From a virus: a stretch of DNA of 64,000 nucleotides. Location: the IMG/VR virus record IMGVR_UViG_3300022602_002120, positions 96,001-160,000 of that record; one strand, given 5' to 3'. Under the pieces are notes generated by a model, which saw only the letters and a program-made list of their open reading frames with translations, made no database searches and had not been told where the DNA came from. Shown here piece by piece: positions 39,686 through 48,900 of the stretch (the first letter of the stretch is position 1; each line of letters opens with the position of its first letter). The position numbers and the translations under genes were made by a program.

Positions 39686-40176
39686 CTGAATTCTGCTTTC
39701 CCGCCGCCTATGTCTCGACGTTGTATTGGTTGATTGCGTTTATCTGGATCTGCTTGCTCTTGAGCGTATGTTTCCATCACTACATGACGGCAAACATCTT
39801 GGAACCAATTATCTACAATATCTTGATCTGTTTTGCCTTGGTATCCTGATTTAATTAACCTTGCTACAAAAATATCATTCCAATCCAATTCAAATGCACC
39901 TGCGCCTGGATTATCTTGATCTAATTCAATGCCAAGGACATTCACCCAAGGCTCGCCTGCTGCTGTGGCTTTTGCTTTTGGGCCTTCTTCCTCTTTAGCT
40001 TTCTTAGCTTCTTCAGCTAGTTTAGCTTCTTTCTTAGCTTTAGCTTCTGCACGTTTAGCAGCCTTGCGTTCTTTTTCAATTGCTTCAGCTTCTGCCGCTA
40101 GTTGTGATTGTCGGCGTGCTTCTGCTGCTAGTTCCTCACGACGTGCTTTACCTGTTAGTTTATCAAATAAACCCAT
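39682..40176 (-). CDS. Hypothetical protein with Ala/Lys/Glu coiled coil
   Basis: C-terminal EPWVNV...FELDWND. Confidence 0.8.
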   Translation of the reverse strand: MGLFDKLTGKARREELAAEARRQSQLAAEAEAIEKERKAAKRAEAKAKKEAKLAEEAKKAKEEEGPKAKATAAGEPWVNVLGIELDQDNPGAGAFELDWNDIFVARLIKSGYQGKTDQDIVDNWFQDVCRHVVMETYAQEQADPDKRNQPIQRRDIGGGKAEFS

Positions 40177-40179
40177 AAT

Positions 40180-41307
40180 TTAATCCTTAAGTGAATCTAC
40201 TAGGTCCAACTGTTCCCAAGGTAAATGATCTTTACCAAAGTGTCCGTAGTTAGTAGTACTACTGTATATTGGACGGAACAGCTCAAATCTATTTATAATG
40301 CCACGCGGTGTTAGGTCAATATTCTTATTGATCCAAGCAGTTAACCACGCATCATCACTGTGGTCATTGGTATTAACGTACACGCTCATTGGCTGTTCTA
40401 CACCAATAGCATAGCTAATCTGTACAGTTGCCTGCTTGGCATGTCCGCTAGCTACAATGTTCTTAGCAAGGTAGCGAGCCATGTAAGCTGCTGAACGGTC
40501 AACTTTTGTCGGATCCTTACCACTAAAAGCACCGCCACCGTGAGGGCAACTACCACCGTACGTGTCAACGATAATTTTTCGCCCTGTAAGTCCTGTATCA
40601 CCATCGGGACCACCAATGACAAAACGGCCAGTAGGATTGATAAGAAACTCAGTATCAGCATCAATTAACTCCGCGGGTATTACCCCTTCGATATATTCTT
40701 TAACTACTCTGCGTACATCCTCGATGTCAGGTGTTGCGCTATGTTGTGTACTACATACAATTTTAGCAATACGCTTAATAGTGCCATCATCGTTGTATTC
40801 AACGGTTACTTGACTTTTAGCATCTGGTCCCAACCAAGACTGTCCACCTTTACGTTGACGTGCTAGTTCTTTGACAATTTCATGACTGTAGTAAATTGCT
40901 GGAGGCATGTAGTTGGGAGTTTCATTGCTAGCATAGCCAAACATCAGGCCTTGATCACCTGCGCCAAAATTGTCAGTACCAAGAGCAATATCAGCACTCT
41001 GGCCATGTAATAGGTTAGTAATTTCAACGGTCCTCCAATCAAATCCGGATTGTTCGTAGCCGATGTTCTTGATAACCTTGCGTACTGTACTTTCGACTTC
41101 TTCTGGGTGTAGGATGACATTTTTGTATTCTCCAGCTAGAATTACACGGTTTGTAGTAACTAAAGTTTCGCAAGCACAGCGTACACTTGCGTCTTCACTA
41201 GACAGGGCCAAATCTAAAATAGCATCACTGATAGCATCTGCTACCTTATCTGGATGTCCTTCACTAACACTTTCACTTGTAAATAGATAACTCAATTTCT
41301 TCCCCAA
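40180..41307 (-). CDS. metK: S-adenosylmethionine synthetase
   Basis: FTSESVSEGHPDK, GAGDQG, GGGAFSGKD and NYGHFG. Confidence 0.97.
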   Translation of the reverse strand: MGKKLSYLFTSESVSEGHPDKVADAISDAILDLALSSEDASVRCACETLVTTNRVILAGEYKNVILHPEEVESTVRKVIKNIGYEQSGFDWRTVEITNLLHGQSADIALGTDNFGAGDQGLMFGYASNETPNYMPPAIYYSHEIVKELARQRKGGQSWLGPDAKSQVTVEYNDDGTIKRIAKIVCSTQHSATPDIEDVRRVVKEYIEGVIPAELIDADTEFLINPTGRFVIGGPDGDTGLTGRKIIVDTYGGSCPHGGGAFSGKDPTKVDRSAAYMARYLAKNIVASGHAKQATVQISYAIGVEQPMSVYVNTNDHSDDAWLTAWINKNIDLTPRGIINRFELFRPIYSSTTNYGHFGKDHLPWEQLDLVDSLKD

Positions 41308-41468
41308 TTAATTTTTAACCAAATTCTTTCATATATATAATGCCATATCATTAGAAAAAAATGAATGGTTAAAGCCTTGCTTAAACCAATCATTAACGCT
41401 GTTATTATAGTGGCTGTAATTCTATATAATACAACTTTTGCTAATGTTCTAGAATGTGAATCGCTCAT
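41292..41468 (-). CDS. DUF2061-like small membrane protein
   Basis: RTLAKVVLYRI...HYIYERIW.KI.WG. Confidence 0.65.
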   Translation of the reverse strand: MSDSHSRTLAKVVLYRITATIITALMIGLSKALTIHFFLMIWHYIYERIWLKINWGRN

Positions 41469-42331
41469 TTGCCCCAACTATTGCCCCAAAGATCAACATG
41501 TAATCTAGGACTGTAATAATAACCACGACGCATAGCTTCATCAGCTACATTAAATTTATTACCATCATAAACGCTAACAACCCCGCCTACTGGCATAATG
41601 TATACAACTCCTTCAAATCCTTCACTGCGATATTCTGATACAGCATCTTCAACTTCATCAAAGTCTTCTGGGGTCTCAACTACAAACTTCAAATAAGTCC
41701 GGCCTACCTGTTGATAGCTAGCTACAATTTCTGGCTTAATAGCATCTTCCCACTTCTCGCCGCTCGGACTTAGTTTAGCACTAACACTAAATGTAATTTC
41801 ACGCTGTGTGATACTTGGAATACCTACCCAGTTTTGTAAGTATTCCACAAAGTCTGGATGTAGCTCTTGAGTACCGTTAGTTTCGAATGTGATGTTTTTC
41901 AAATCACGCATTTCAATTGCTTCTAACAGCTCTGGATATACTTTTTGCCAACCCAATAATGGCTCGCCACCTGTGATAACAAGATGTACATCATTGCCAT
42001 TGTCTTGAGCCCAGCGACCATTTGGAGTTAGGGCTAACATCCGTTCAACGACCTTAGATGTTTCTTGGGTTGGACTTAAACTTTTAAACTTAGGATGCCA
42101 TGACGCATAGCTGTCACAGCCTGTGTTGACTAAAGGCAAGTCTTCGTATTTGTTATATAACTCAACAGTTTTAGCAACTTCGTCAGCTTCCGTTGAACAT
42201 TCACCTCTAGGCATACCAAATGATGAGCAAGTGAAATTACATCCAAAAGTTCTTAGAAATACGCTAGGTACACCAACAAATCTACCCTCGCCTTGAGCAC
42301 TATAAAATATTTCACTTACTTTTAGTTTCAT
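41465..42331 (-). CDS. queE: 7-carboxy-7-deazaguanine synthase (QueE, radical SAM)
   Basis: EIFYSAQGEG, FLRTFGCNFTC, GCDSY, ITGGEP, ETNGT, SAKL and PRLH. Confidence 0.9.
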   Translation of the reverse strand: MKLKVSEIFYSAQGEGRFVGVPSVFLRTFGCNFTCSSFGMPRGECSTEADEVAKTVELYNKYEDLPLVNTGCDSYASWHPKFKSLSPTQETSKVVERMLALTPNGRWAQDNGNDVHLVITGGEPLLGWQKVYPELLEAIEMRDLKNITFETNGTQELHPDFVEYLQNWVGIPSITQREITFSVSAKLSPSGEKWEDAIKPEIVASYQQVGRTYLKFVVETPEDFDEVEDAVSEYRSEGFEGVVYIMPVGGVVSVYDGNKFNVADEAMRRGYYYSPRLHVDLWGNSWGK

Positions 42332-42599
42332 ATAAATTTGACCATTTCTTTAATTTTTCAACTTTGTTTAATTTAGCTGTATGTAGATTATTTAGGTTGA
42401 TAACACCTTGCTCAACTAAAATATCTACAAGGGCAAGCATGTCACCAACTTCTAACTCTAAATTGGCTCGCTGTGTTAGTCCTGATTTATGTTGATTGTC
42501 TAATCCAAATCTATAACACTTGCTTACTGCTTGAATAACTTCTGCACACTCTTCTTGAAGAATAACCAATGCTTCACGATTCTTTTCGTTCATTGACAA
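42312..42599 (-). CDS. MazG-like nucleotide pyrophosphohydrolase
   Basis: QEECAEVIQAVSK...ELEVGD. Confidence 0.75.
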   Translation of the reverse strand: MSMNEKNREALVILQEECAEVIQAVSKCYRFGLDNQHKSGLTQRANLELEVGDMLALVDILVEQGVINLNNLHTAKLNKVEKLKKWSNLYETKSK

Positions 42600-42674
42600 T
42601 CCATTCTATATAGGTATTCTGTACGTTCATACGCATCCATATAGTTTAACACGGAACTACTAGTCTTGTCAATC

Positions 42675-43202
42675 TTAACATTCCCAAGGGTAGACAATCC
42701 AAACGTCTCGTTCTGCTTTGTTAATTTCTGTTCCACAATAGTTAACCTTTCTACTAAACTCACTACTCAAATTATCAATACACACCGCAAAGCGCACATT
42801 GTTACCCCAAACAGTTTCCCACCATGGATCAGTTGGAAAACATGAACTTTGCCAATCTTGAATGATCCAATCTAAGGTACTACCTGTATCGTTAATATCA
42901 TCAACGATTAATATATTTTTTTTGTTTTTTGGTAACCATTCACCATCTGGTTGCGGATTATAACCAAACGCATCTTCACTCATCCATAGGTTGCTTTCTG
43001 TATTGGCATGATCACGTAGTTTAACTTCTAAGGTGTGCATAGGAATGTCTAACATATTACTCATAATAACTGCTGGCACTAGTCCGCCGCGAGTTAGGCC
43101 TACAATGTAATCAGGACGCCAATTGTCCTTGTACATCTGTAGTGCGATTTTAGTTACCCATTCTTGTATTTGGGCATAACTATAGTATACTTTTTCAGTC
43201 AT
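42675..43202 (-). CDS. Type I phosphoribosyltransferase
   Basis: IVGLTRGGLVPA, LIVDDINDTGST and WIVYPWE. Confidence 0.88.
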   Translation of the reverse strand: MTEKVYYSYAQIQEWVTKIALQMYKDNWRPDYIVGLTRGGLVPAVIMSNMLDIPMHTLEVKLRDHANTESNLWMSEDAFGYNPQPDGEWLPKNKKNILIVDDINDTGSTLDWIIQDWQSSCFPTDPWWETVWGNNVRFAVCIDNLSSEFSRKVNYCGTEINKAERDVWIVYPWEC

Positions 43203-43530
43203 TGTGTAGTTCCTTTATGTATTCTACTTCTTTCATATTATGACCAACAACCAAGTCAGTCCATCTCATTAGCATCATCAGTGCTACACCAGCATCTTCG
43301 CCTCTAAATCTAATTAGGAATTCTGGATTACCTGCTGACTTGTGACTTGATCGCCCAACACCATAGCGTAGTATTGGAGTTTTAGTAACTCGACCTTTAG
43401 CGTCATAGTATTCACCGTACGATATCAAGCCACCAATTTCCTGCCACCAAGCTAGAAAATCTTCAGGCATATCGTGTACTATGACTGTTATTTCATAGTT
43501 AATAGTACAGCCTGGCGGCAGTCTGATCAA
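43195..43530 (-). CDS. Small hypothetical protein (dispersed paralog family)
   Basis: IRFRGEDAGVALMMLMRW. Confidence 0.7.
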   Translation of the reverse strand: MIRLPPGCTINYEITVIVHDMPEDFLAWWQEIGGLISYGEYYDAKGRVTKTPILRYGVGRSSHKSAGNPEFLIRFRGEDAGVALMMLMRWTDLVVGHNMKEVEYIKELHND

Positions 43531-43871
43531 CGTAGATATTCCATAGTGACAATCTTACCTAGTGATTCTACTAGATCGTCGTTGTCACTGATTACATAGC
43601 GACCAATAGCTTCGGTATCACGCTTTTCATCATAGCGATTAGTTTCAACAATCATACCACCGTTAGCACCAAACACTTTAAAACTGATAACACTCTTGTC
43701 GTCATAGTTGTGTTCTACTCTGCGCATACCTTTACTGCTTGGTGCTATACCTGTTCTTCCATTTCGACTAAGTCTTGGACTTTCTTCTAGCATAATACTT
43801 TGATTTTCATCACGACTGCGAGCACGATTGTAACAACGTTGGATCCAACTATCAAACCATTTCATCGCCAC
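43527..43871 (-). CDS. Hypothetical protein
   Basis: FKVFGANGGMIVE. Confidence 0.75.
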   Translation of the reverse strand: MAMKWFDSWIQRCYNRARSRDENQSIMLEESPRLSRNGRTGIAPSSKGMRRVEHNYDDKSVISFKVFGANGGMIVETNRYDEKRDTEAIGRYVISDNDDLVESLGKIVTMEYLR

Positions 43872-44031
43872 GGTCCTTTTTCTCGTTTAAGAATTCATCT
43901 AGAGCAATTGCTTCTTGTATTTTAGCCCACTGCTCTGGAGTATAACTGTGACTACCATCGCAATCACCACTACGACTGCGACCACAACCACATGTGCCAA
44001 AACTACCACTTTCTGTTACTCTTACCTGCAT
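43852..44031 (-). CDS. 59-aa CDGSH-like iron-sulfur protein (not in ORF track)
   Basis: Hand translation gives ...TCGCGRSRSGDCDGSH...; fills the gap. Confidence 0.7.
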   Translation of the reverse strand: MQVRVTESGSFGTCGCGRSRSGDCDGSHSYTPEQWAKIQEAIALDEFLNEKKDRGDEMV

Positions 44032-44034
44032 GAT

Positions 44035-44373
44035 TTATCCTTTGTATGCTCTAACGCTTCTAATTTTATTACCCACAAACTCAATTATATCTACAACTAA
44101 TAATATTGTAGTTGCACCATCGGTATCATATACTTCAATTGAAATCTCAGCTACTACAGTGTTAGCGTCTTGATGTAATACCAACGGAGTAACTGTGATA
44201 GATTCTACACTGTCAAATATATGTTTATTTGCACTTAACACAGATGACTTGCCAGAAGCAGACATTTCCCAATCACGTAGACTAACATGATCATCAAACA
44301 TCCCAGCAAGTTTATCTAGGTCTTTGTTTGAAAATGCTGTGAAGTATTCCAAACATAACTGTTTTAAATCCAT
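44035..44373 (-). CDS. SnoaL/NTF2-like protein
   Basis: YFTAFSNKDLDKLAGMF..V..RDW...G...V. Confidence 0.75.
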   Translation of the reverse strand: MDLKQLCLEYFTAFSNKDLDKLAGMFDDHVSLRDWEMSASGKSSVLSANKHIFDSVESITVTPLVLHQDANTVVAEISIEVYDTDGATTILLVVDIIEFVGNKIRSVRAYKG

Positions 44374-44609
44374 TATTTCTTTTCCTTTATATCTCTAAGT
44401 GTATTAGCGCGATGACGCCAAAATTTAACATCTTCTAACAGACTTTCGCTTAAATTGCGATAACGAACAAGATCTTTACGTACTTCTTCATCTATTTGTT
44501 CGTAGGCCTTTTGGCGATCCTTGGCCTTACGATCATTGTAGATGTTAAGTCCAAAAAATATTCCAAATACCAGTCCTACACCAAACCATACTACGTCAGC
44601 GCCTATCAT
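44373..44609 (-). CDS. Small TM plus coiled-coil protein
   Basis: N-terminal hydrophobic helix. Confidence 0.7.
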   Translation of the reverse strand: MIGADVVWFGVGLVFGIFFGLNIYNDRKAKDRQKAYEQIDEEVRKDLVRYRNLSESLLEDVKFWRHRANTLRDIKEKK

Positions 44610-45316
44610 CTTGGAGCAAACTCCTGTTGAAGTTTAATGTTGTCAAAGAATTCTTTCTTAGTATTTGGATCGTCCTTAAACGCACCTGTAAGTACAGTTG
44701 TCTGCGTTAAACTGCTATGTGCCATAATACCACGATTCTCACAACAACCATGGGTGGCTTGTATGTATACTGCTACGTTATCTGATCCAGTCGCCTTAGC
44801 AATTTCTCTCGTGATATCATTTGCAAGCTCTTCTTGTAAAGTACCACGGCGAGCACACCATTGAGCAATTCTAGTGTATTTAGATAGACCGATAAGTTTG
44901 TTAGCGGCAATAATTCCAATGTAAGCGACTCCTGCGACAGGCTGATGGTGGTGTGAGCACATACTACGTAACTCGCTACGAACCACAAGCATACCTTCGT
45001 ATCTATCCGCGCTATCATTTGGAAAAGCTGTTGCGTCTGGTGCTGGTTCATATCTGCCTGCCATAATTTCATTAAAGTACATTTTAGCCAATCTGCGTGC
45101 TGTGCCGTGACTGTTAGGATCTGTTTCGCGATCAATTAACAGCGTATCTAACACTTGTTCAAAAGCTAGAGTTGCTTCGTCGATTAGGAGTTTTTTACTT
45201 TCTTCTGTGATGTATTCTGAGATGTTATCACCTGCCCAGAAACGTTTGTTGTCTTTCTTTAAGTTAGTACGAATGATTTCGCTAACAGGTTTTATAGGAC
45301 TGTAGTTTGTTACCAT
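44606..45316 (-). CDS. folE: GTP cyclohydrolase I
   Basis: SMCSHH, GLSKYTR, LQEEL, HGCCENRG and GAF. Confidence 0.95.
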   Translation of the reverse strand: MVTNYSPIKPVSEIIRTNLKKDNKRFWAGDNISEYITEESKKLLIDEATLAFEQVLDTLLIDRETDPNSHGTARRLAKMYFNEIMAGRYEPAPDATAFPNDSADRYEGMLVVRSELRSMCSHHHQPVAGVAYIGIIAANKLIGLSKYTRIAQWCARRGTLQEELANDITREIAKATGSDNVAVYIQATHGCCENRGIMAHSSLTQTTVLTGAFKDDPNTKKEFFDNIKLQQEFAPR

Positions 45317-45360
45317 TTATTACTCCGATGTTGAGCCAGTGGATTGGCAATTGATAAGTT

Positions 45361-45390
45361 AGTATAACATGATTATTTAGGTCATGTCAA
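45361..45390 (-). promoter_or_regulatory. Hybrid sigma70 / late promoter for folE
   Basis: TTGACA-18-TATACT with TG extension; CCTAAATA in the spacer. Confidence 0.75.
45363..45390. repeat. Direct repeat copy 1 (25 of 28 nt identical to 50307..50334)
   Basis: tataacatgattatttagg-tca-tgtcaa. Confidence 0.85.
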
Positions 45391-46108
45391 TGGTTTCGTG
45401 TTTTAATTTGCCAAATTGGATAATGTTAAATTGCTCTTTAGAAATATTGTCTTTTATGGTATTATTTAAAGTAATCCCTAGTCTAGGCGCCATATACTGT
45501 TCAACAAAATCCCACTGGGTCAACGGTAAAGGATGTGTATCATTTTCACAATAAATGTGTTTTACTCCTATTCGTTGTTTTTTATTATCCATAAATTCGT
45601 CCATCGAATCTTCTAATCTATAATCATTGGATATAGAATATTTGTTATATATTTTAGATATCTCAGGATCAACAGTTGCTTCGCATTCGCCTAGTAAAAA
45701 TGGAAATGCTGCAAAGTTGTAAATTTGATAGTTATTAACCCTGCTATGTTGATCTAATAATAAGGAATAGTCCATAGTAGTCTGGAATCGTTCTACTCTA
45801 TGATAATGATTAACAAAAAATTGTTTATTTGCGTACGGTATGGCACCAGTATGAACCCAATGGTTATTGGGTACACCGTGCATAAACCATTCCTTGTCCT
45901 GATAAAAAGACCAACGATCAAAACTAGTCCATAACATTACTACTACATCATTTGGCTCTACAATGTCAATAATTCTACGGACATTAGACGCATTATCGGA
46001 ACCGCCTAAGCCAACATTAATGTACGATGGGAAGTGATATCCTAAAATGTCGGCCCAAGTAGTCCAACAATGTCTGGTAAAACTGCATCCTGCTGTGATT
46101 AATTTCAT
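45377..46108 (-). CDS. SGNH-fold protein
   Basis: AGCSFT..WTTWAD, NVGLGGSDN and DTHP. Confidence 0.6.
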   Translation of the reverse strand: MKLITAGCSFTRHCWTTWADILGYHFPSYINVGLGGSDNASNVRRIIDIVEPNDVVVMLWTSFDRWSFYQDKEWFMHGVPNNHWVHTGAIPYANKQFFVNHYHRVERFQTTMDYSLLLDQHSRVNNYQIYNFAAFPFLLGECEATVDPEISKIYNKYSISNDYRLEDSMDEFMDNKKQRIGVKHIYCENDTHPLPLTQWDFVEQYMAPRLGITLNNTIKDNISKEQFNIIQFGKLKHETIDMT

Positions 46109-46117
46109 TTAATTACC

Positions 46118-46930
46118 CTAACACATTTTTTTATGCCATTTATTGTATCGAAATTCCGGAGTCCAACCGTCGTCTAAGATACAATATGGTTGTTTTGCAA
46201 ATATACGACTGTCCCAATGGGTTGCCCAGTCTTTTGCATCTTCGCTGATTTGTAAAGTTTGTTTTAAGCCGGGCAAGATGATGTCAGTAGCATATTTTAA
46301 GTGTTGACTTGGCGAAGGATGATGATCTATCATGCCAGGATGCTTATCATCCTTAAGCTTCATGTGTATGGGTTTAGGATTTTTATATTGATCTATACCA
46401 TAGAGGTATTCGGTCATGCTTGTAGGATAAATTTTTTCGTAGTATTTACTATAAACACCGAAGATATCACGATAACTTTCATCTGCAAATATTACATTAT
46501 ATTGATCTAATCGATCCATTGGAACCATTGACGTAAACAAATATTCACAGCCGGTGGTATCTAATAGATGACTAGCCCCGGCTATTACACTAGAGGTTTT
46601 TAATAATGCGCCACGAAGATCAAACCATTTTCTAACCCAATCTTGCGGGTATATGGTTTGAGTAGACATATTGCCAGCACTGCGCCATTTGCCTTCTAAG
46701 TAACGATCTTCCCTAGAAAAGTTAGTCCAGCAAATAATTACTAAATCATCTTTGTTAATATTATACCTAGCATGCGCTTCAGTTAATCGATGAAACATAA
46801 ATTCATTTCCAGCACCGCACATGGCTAGATTATAAAAATTGTCGCCGAACTCTTGTCCAATTATATCGGCCCATGTAGGCCAATAGTAACTAGTAAAACT
46901 GCAGCCAAAGGCAAAAAATCTTCTATACAT
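46118..46930 (-). CDS. SGNH-fold protein
   Basis: FGCSFT..WPTWAD, NLAMCGAGN and DHHPSP; start moved to MYRRF. Confidence 0.6.
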   Translation of the reverse strand: MYRRFFAFGCSFTSYYWPTWADIIGQEFGDNFYNLAMCGAGNEFMFHRLTEAHARYNINKDDLVIICWTNFSREDRYLEGKWRSAGNMSTQTIYPQDWVRKWFDLRGALLKTSSVIAGASHLLDTTGCEYLFTSMVPMDRLDQYNVIFADESYRDIFGVYSKYYEKIYPTSMTEYLYGIDQYKNPKPIHMKLKDDKHPGMIDHHPSPSQHLKYATDIILPGLKQTLQISEDAKDWATHWDSRIFAKQPYCILDDGWTPEFRYNKWHKKMC

Positions 46931-47672
46931 ATTGATATTCAAAAAAAGGTTTTTTAATGGTTCTGTAAATATTGTGTTTAAATCTACACTGTATTTCTGG
47001 ATGGATAAATGTTGTATTTGCTGAACTATCACTAGGAGTATAACCATCTGTAAATAGATCAATATATTGTGTATTAGTATTGTTTAGTGCTTGCTTAATT
47101 AAAAATCCATCGTATGGTTTTTCTAGAGTTTTTATATGATCACCATATAAAATTTTTAACTCAGCAACAAACTCGTACTTGTCTTGGTGGCTAGCATCAA
47201 AAATTAGTATGCCGCTTTCAACATGATCTTCATTTCTCCAATCAGTTATACCTTTTTCAATTTGACAGGCTATAAATTTATTATCTAGTAGGTCGGGTAT
47301 AAAATTGTTAAAATCAGTAAATGGCTTAAATTCACAATCTCCATCTAACCACACAATGTATCCCTCGGAATATTTTTCTAATATGTCTAAGATTACAAAC
47401 GCTTTATGACTAAACTTAATTCCTAATTGTTTATACCCATTTTGACTAACTGTGTCTGACAGGTAAAAATCATCAGCCCATACTTTGTGTTGTGGTATGC
47501 TAGCATTAAAGTCTACTACTGTTATTCTGTTACTAGGTGCAATAAAGTCAAAATCTGTATAGACTATAGCGGTAACATTTTGTGTATTGGAAATAAACCC
47601 GTCTACCCAAGTTTTACCGTAGGCCTCATATCCCTCTTTAGAGAATGTAGTAATAAAAATAGTGTGTTTCAT
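46923..47672 (-). CDS. GT-A nucleotide-diphospho-sugar transferase-like protein
   Basis: FSHKAF...IVWLDGD...ESG. Confidence 0.65.
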   Translation of the reverse strand: MKHTIFITTFSKEGYEAYGKTWVDGFISNTQNVTAIVYTDFDFIAPSNRITVVDFNASIPQHKVWADDFYLSDTVSQNGYKQLGIKFSHKAFVILDILEKYSEGYIVWLDGDCEFKPFTDFNNFIPDLLDNKFIACQIEKGITDWRNEDHVESGILIFDASHQDKYEFVAELKILYGDHIKTLEKPYDGFLIKQALNNTNTQYIDLFTDGYTPSDSSANTTFIHPEIQCRFKHNIYRTIKKPFFEYQYV

Positions 47673-48256
47673 TTAATAATAATTTTACGTAGATCCGGAT
47701 ACTCTTTGTATTTAGGTTCTTGATCTGCAAATGGTAATTTTTCTAGGGCCTTAACAGCTTCTTCTATAGTTGGACGATAGTGATACCCGACTTCGAAAAT
47801 CTTTTGATCTTGCCAAGGTAATATATTCAAATCACGCCCGTCGCTACGTTGACGTATTAGTTTTTGATATGCTTGAGTATCATCTAATAGAATAGCGCCT
47901 CCTCGACCTATGTCCAGGGGTTTATCATAGCCGAAGCTTAAACACTGCATCTGTCCTGAGCGATACATGCCCATTCGAAGTAGACGTGCGCTATCCCAAA
48001 TACGTGTACCTTTTAGTTGGTATTCACCAGTCCATGTTTCATCTAGTAGATCATAGCTAATATCTAGCTTGTGTAAGGTCATGGGCACGCTCAGATATGT
48101 ATAAGCAGTGAGTTGGCAATGATGAATATGATCATAGCGTAGGCATAGCTCTAAGGCATGGGTACAGCAATCAGTCATGACTACATAAGGTGCGCCAGTA
48201 AGCTGACCTAATGCCTGTTCAAACTTGTATATTGGATCAAATGCGTTCATACCCAA
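47669..48256 (-). CDS. Short DegT-like PLP-binding protein
   Basis: TDCCTHALELCL, DSA and SFGYDKPLDIGRGGAIL; lacks the C-terminal domain. Confidence 0.7.
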   Translation of the reverse strand: MGMNAFDPIYKFEQALGQLTGAPYVVMTDCCTHALELCLRYDHIHHCQLTAYTYLSVPMTLHKLDISYDLLDETWTGEYQLKGTRIWDSARLLRMGMYRSGQMQCLSFGYDKPLDIGRGGAILLDDTQAYQKLIRQRSDGRDLNILPWQDQKIFEVGYHYRPTIEEAVKALEKLPFADQEPKYKEYPDLRKIIIK

Positions 48257-48900
48257 TGTTTTTTTACCTGTATTAATTCTAAATTATTGCTTGGTTTTTG
48301 TCTACTAGTAAACAACAACAATGATGGATCTATAATAGGATCATCTAATAGTTCGTTGTGTCGCCATTCGATGAAGTGTTTGCTAGTATAATCATTGATT
48401 GTATATGGAGTTACTCTGTCAGATATATACACCTGATCTCCAAATCCTCTGGGCCCTGGTGTCCAATACTGTTGAACTATTTCATCTTTATTAGTAATGT
48501 ATTCATCAAATAAGTAACTATAGTCGCCATTCCAAAACATAACACTACTATTAATTTTATTATTTGGTTCTCTAACCATTAAGAATTGATCTTGAGGCAA
48601 CAATAATATATCATCGGTGATGTTCTTGCAGATTACTATATCTAGGTCTAGATATAAGGTTGGCCCTTGCAAAATATCTTTACGAAATAATTCTATTTTA
48701 TTCCAAAAAATATCAGAATTAGTTATTAACGGTATTGTATTGTAATCTGTAGATATGTTTGATAAACACACAAACTCAAATGGTATGTTTAAATTTTTAC
48801 TAATTCCGCGATATAATTTGTCAACCCATTCACTTGAATATTTCGGACCGCGTGGATTATCTTGAACATTTAATACACATGCTACATTAATCTTGTTCAC
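48247..48900 (-). CDS. GT8-like glycosyltransferase
   Basis: WNKIELF, YLDLDIVI, NSSVMFW and GDQ. Confidence 0.7.
   Translation of the reverse strand: MNKINVACVLNVQDNPRGPKYSSEWVDKLYRGISKNLNIPFEFVCLSNISTDYNTIPLITNSDIFWNKIELFRKDILQGPTLYLDLDIVICKNITDDILLLPQDQFLMVREPNNKINSSVMFWNGDYSYLFDEYITNKDEIVQQYWTPGPRGFGDQVYISDRVTPYTINDYTSKHFIEWRHNELLDDPIIDPSLLLFTSRQKPSNNLELIQVKKHWV

Noticed and set aside
42596-42663. Promoter (TTGACA-18-TAAACT) and 16-aa ORF MDAYERTEYLYRMDCQ upstream of the MazG-like gene
   Set aside because: The -10 box is weak, the ATG is too close to it, and nothing else supports the tiny ORF.
45317-45356. preQ1-like riboswitch in the folE leader (GCCA-AUCCAC-UGGC; loop UCC could pair with the SD GGA)
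   Set aside because: The stem is only 4 bp, and the loop and tail do not match the preQ1-I consensus (no A-rich tail). An Infernal search would be needed to revive it.
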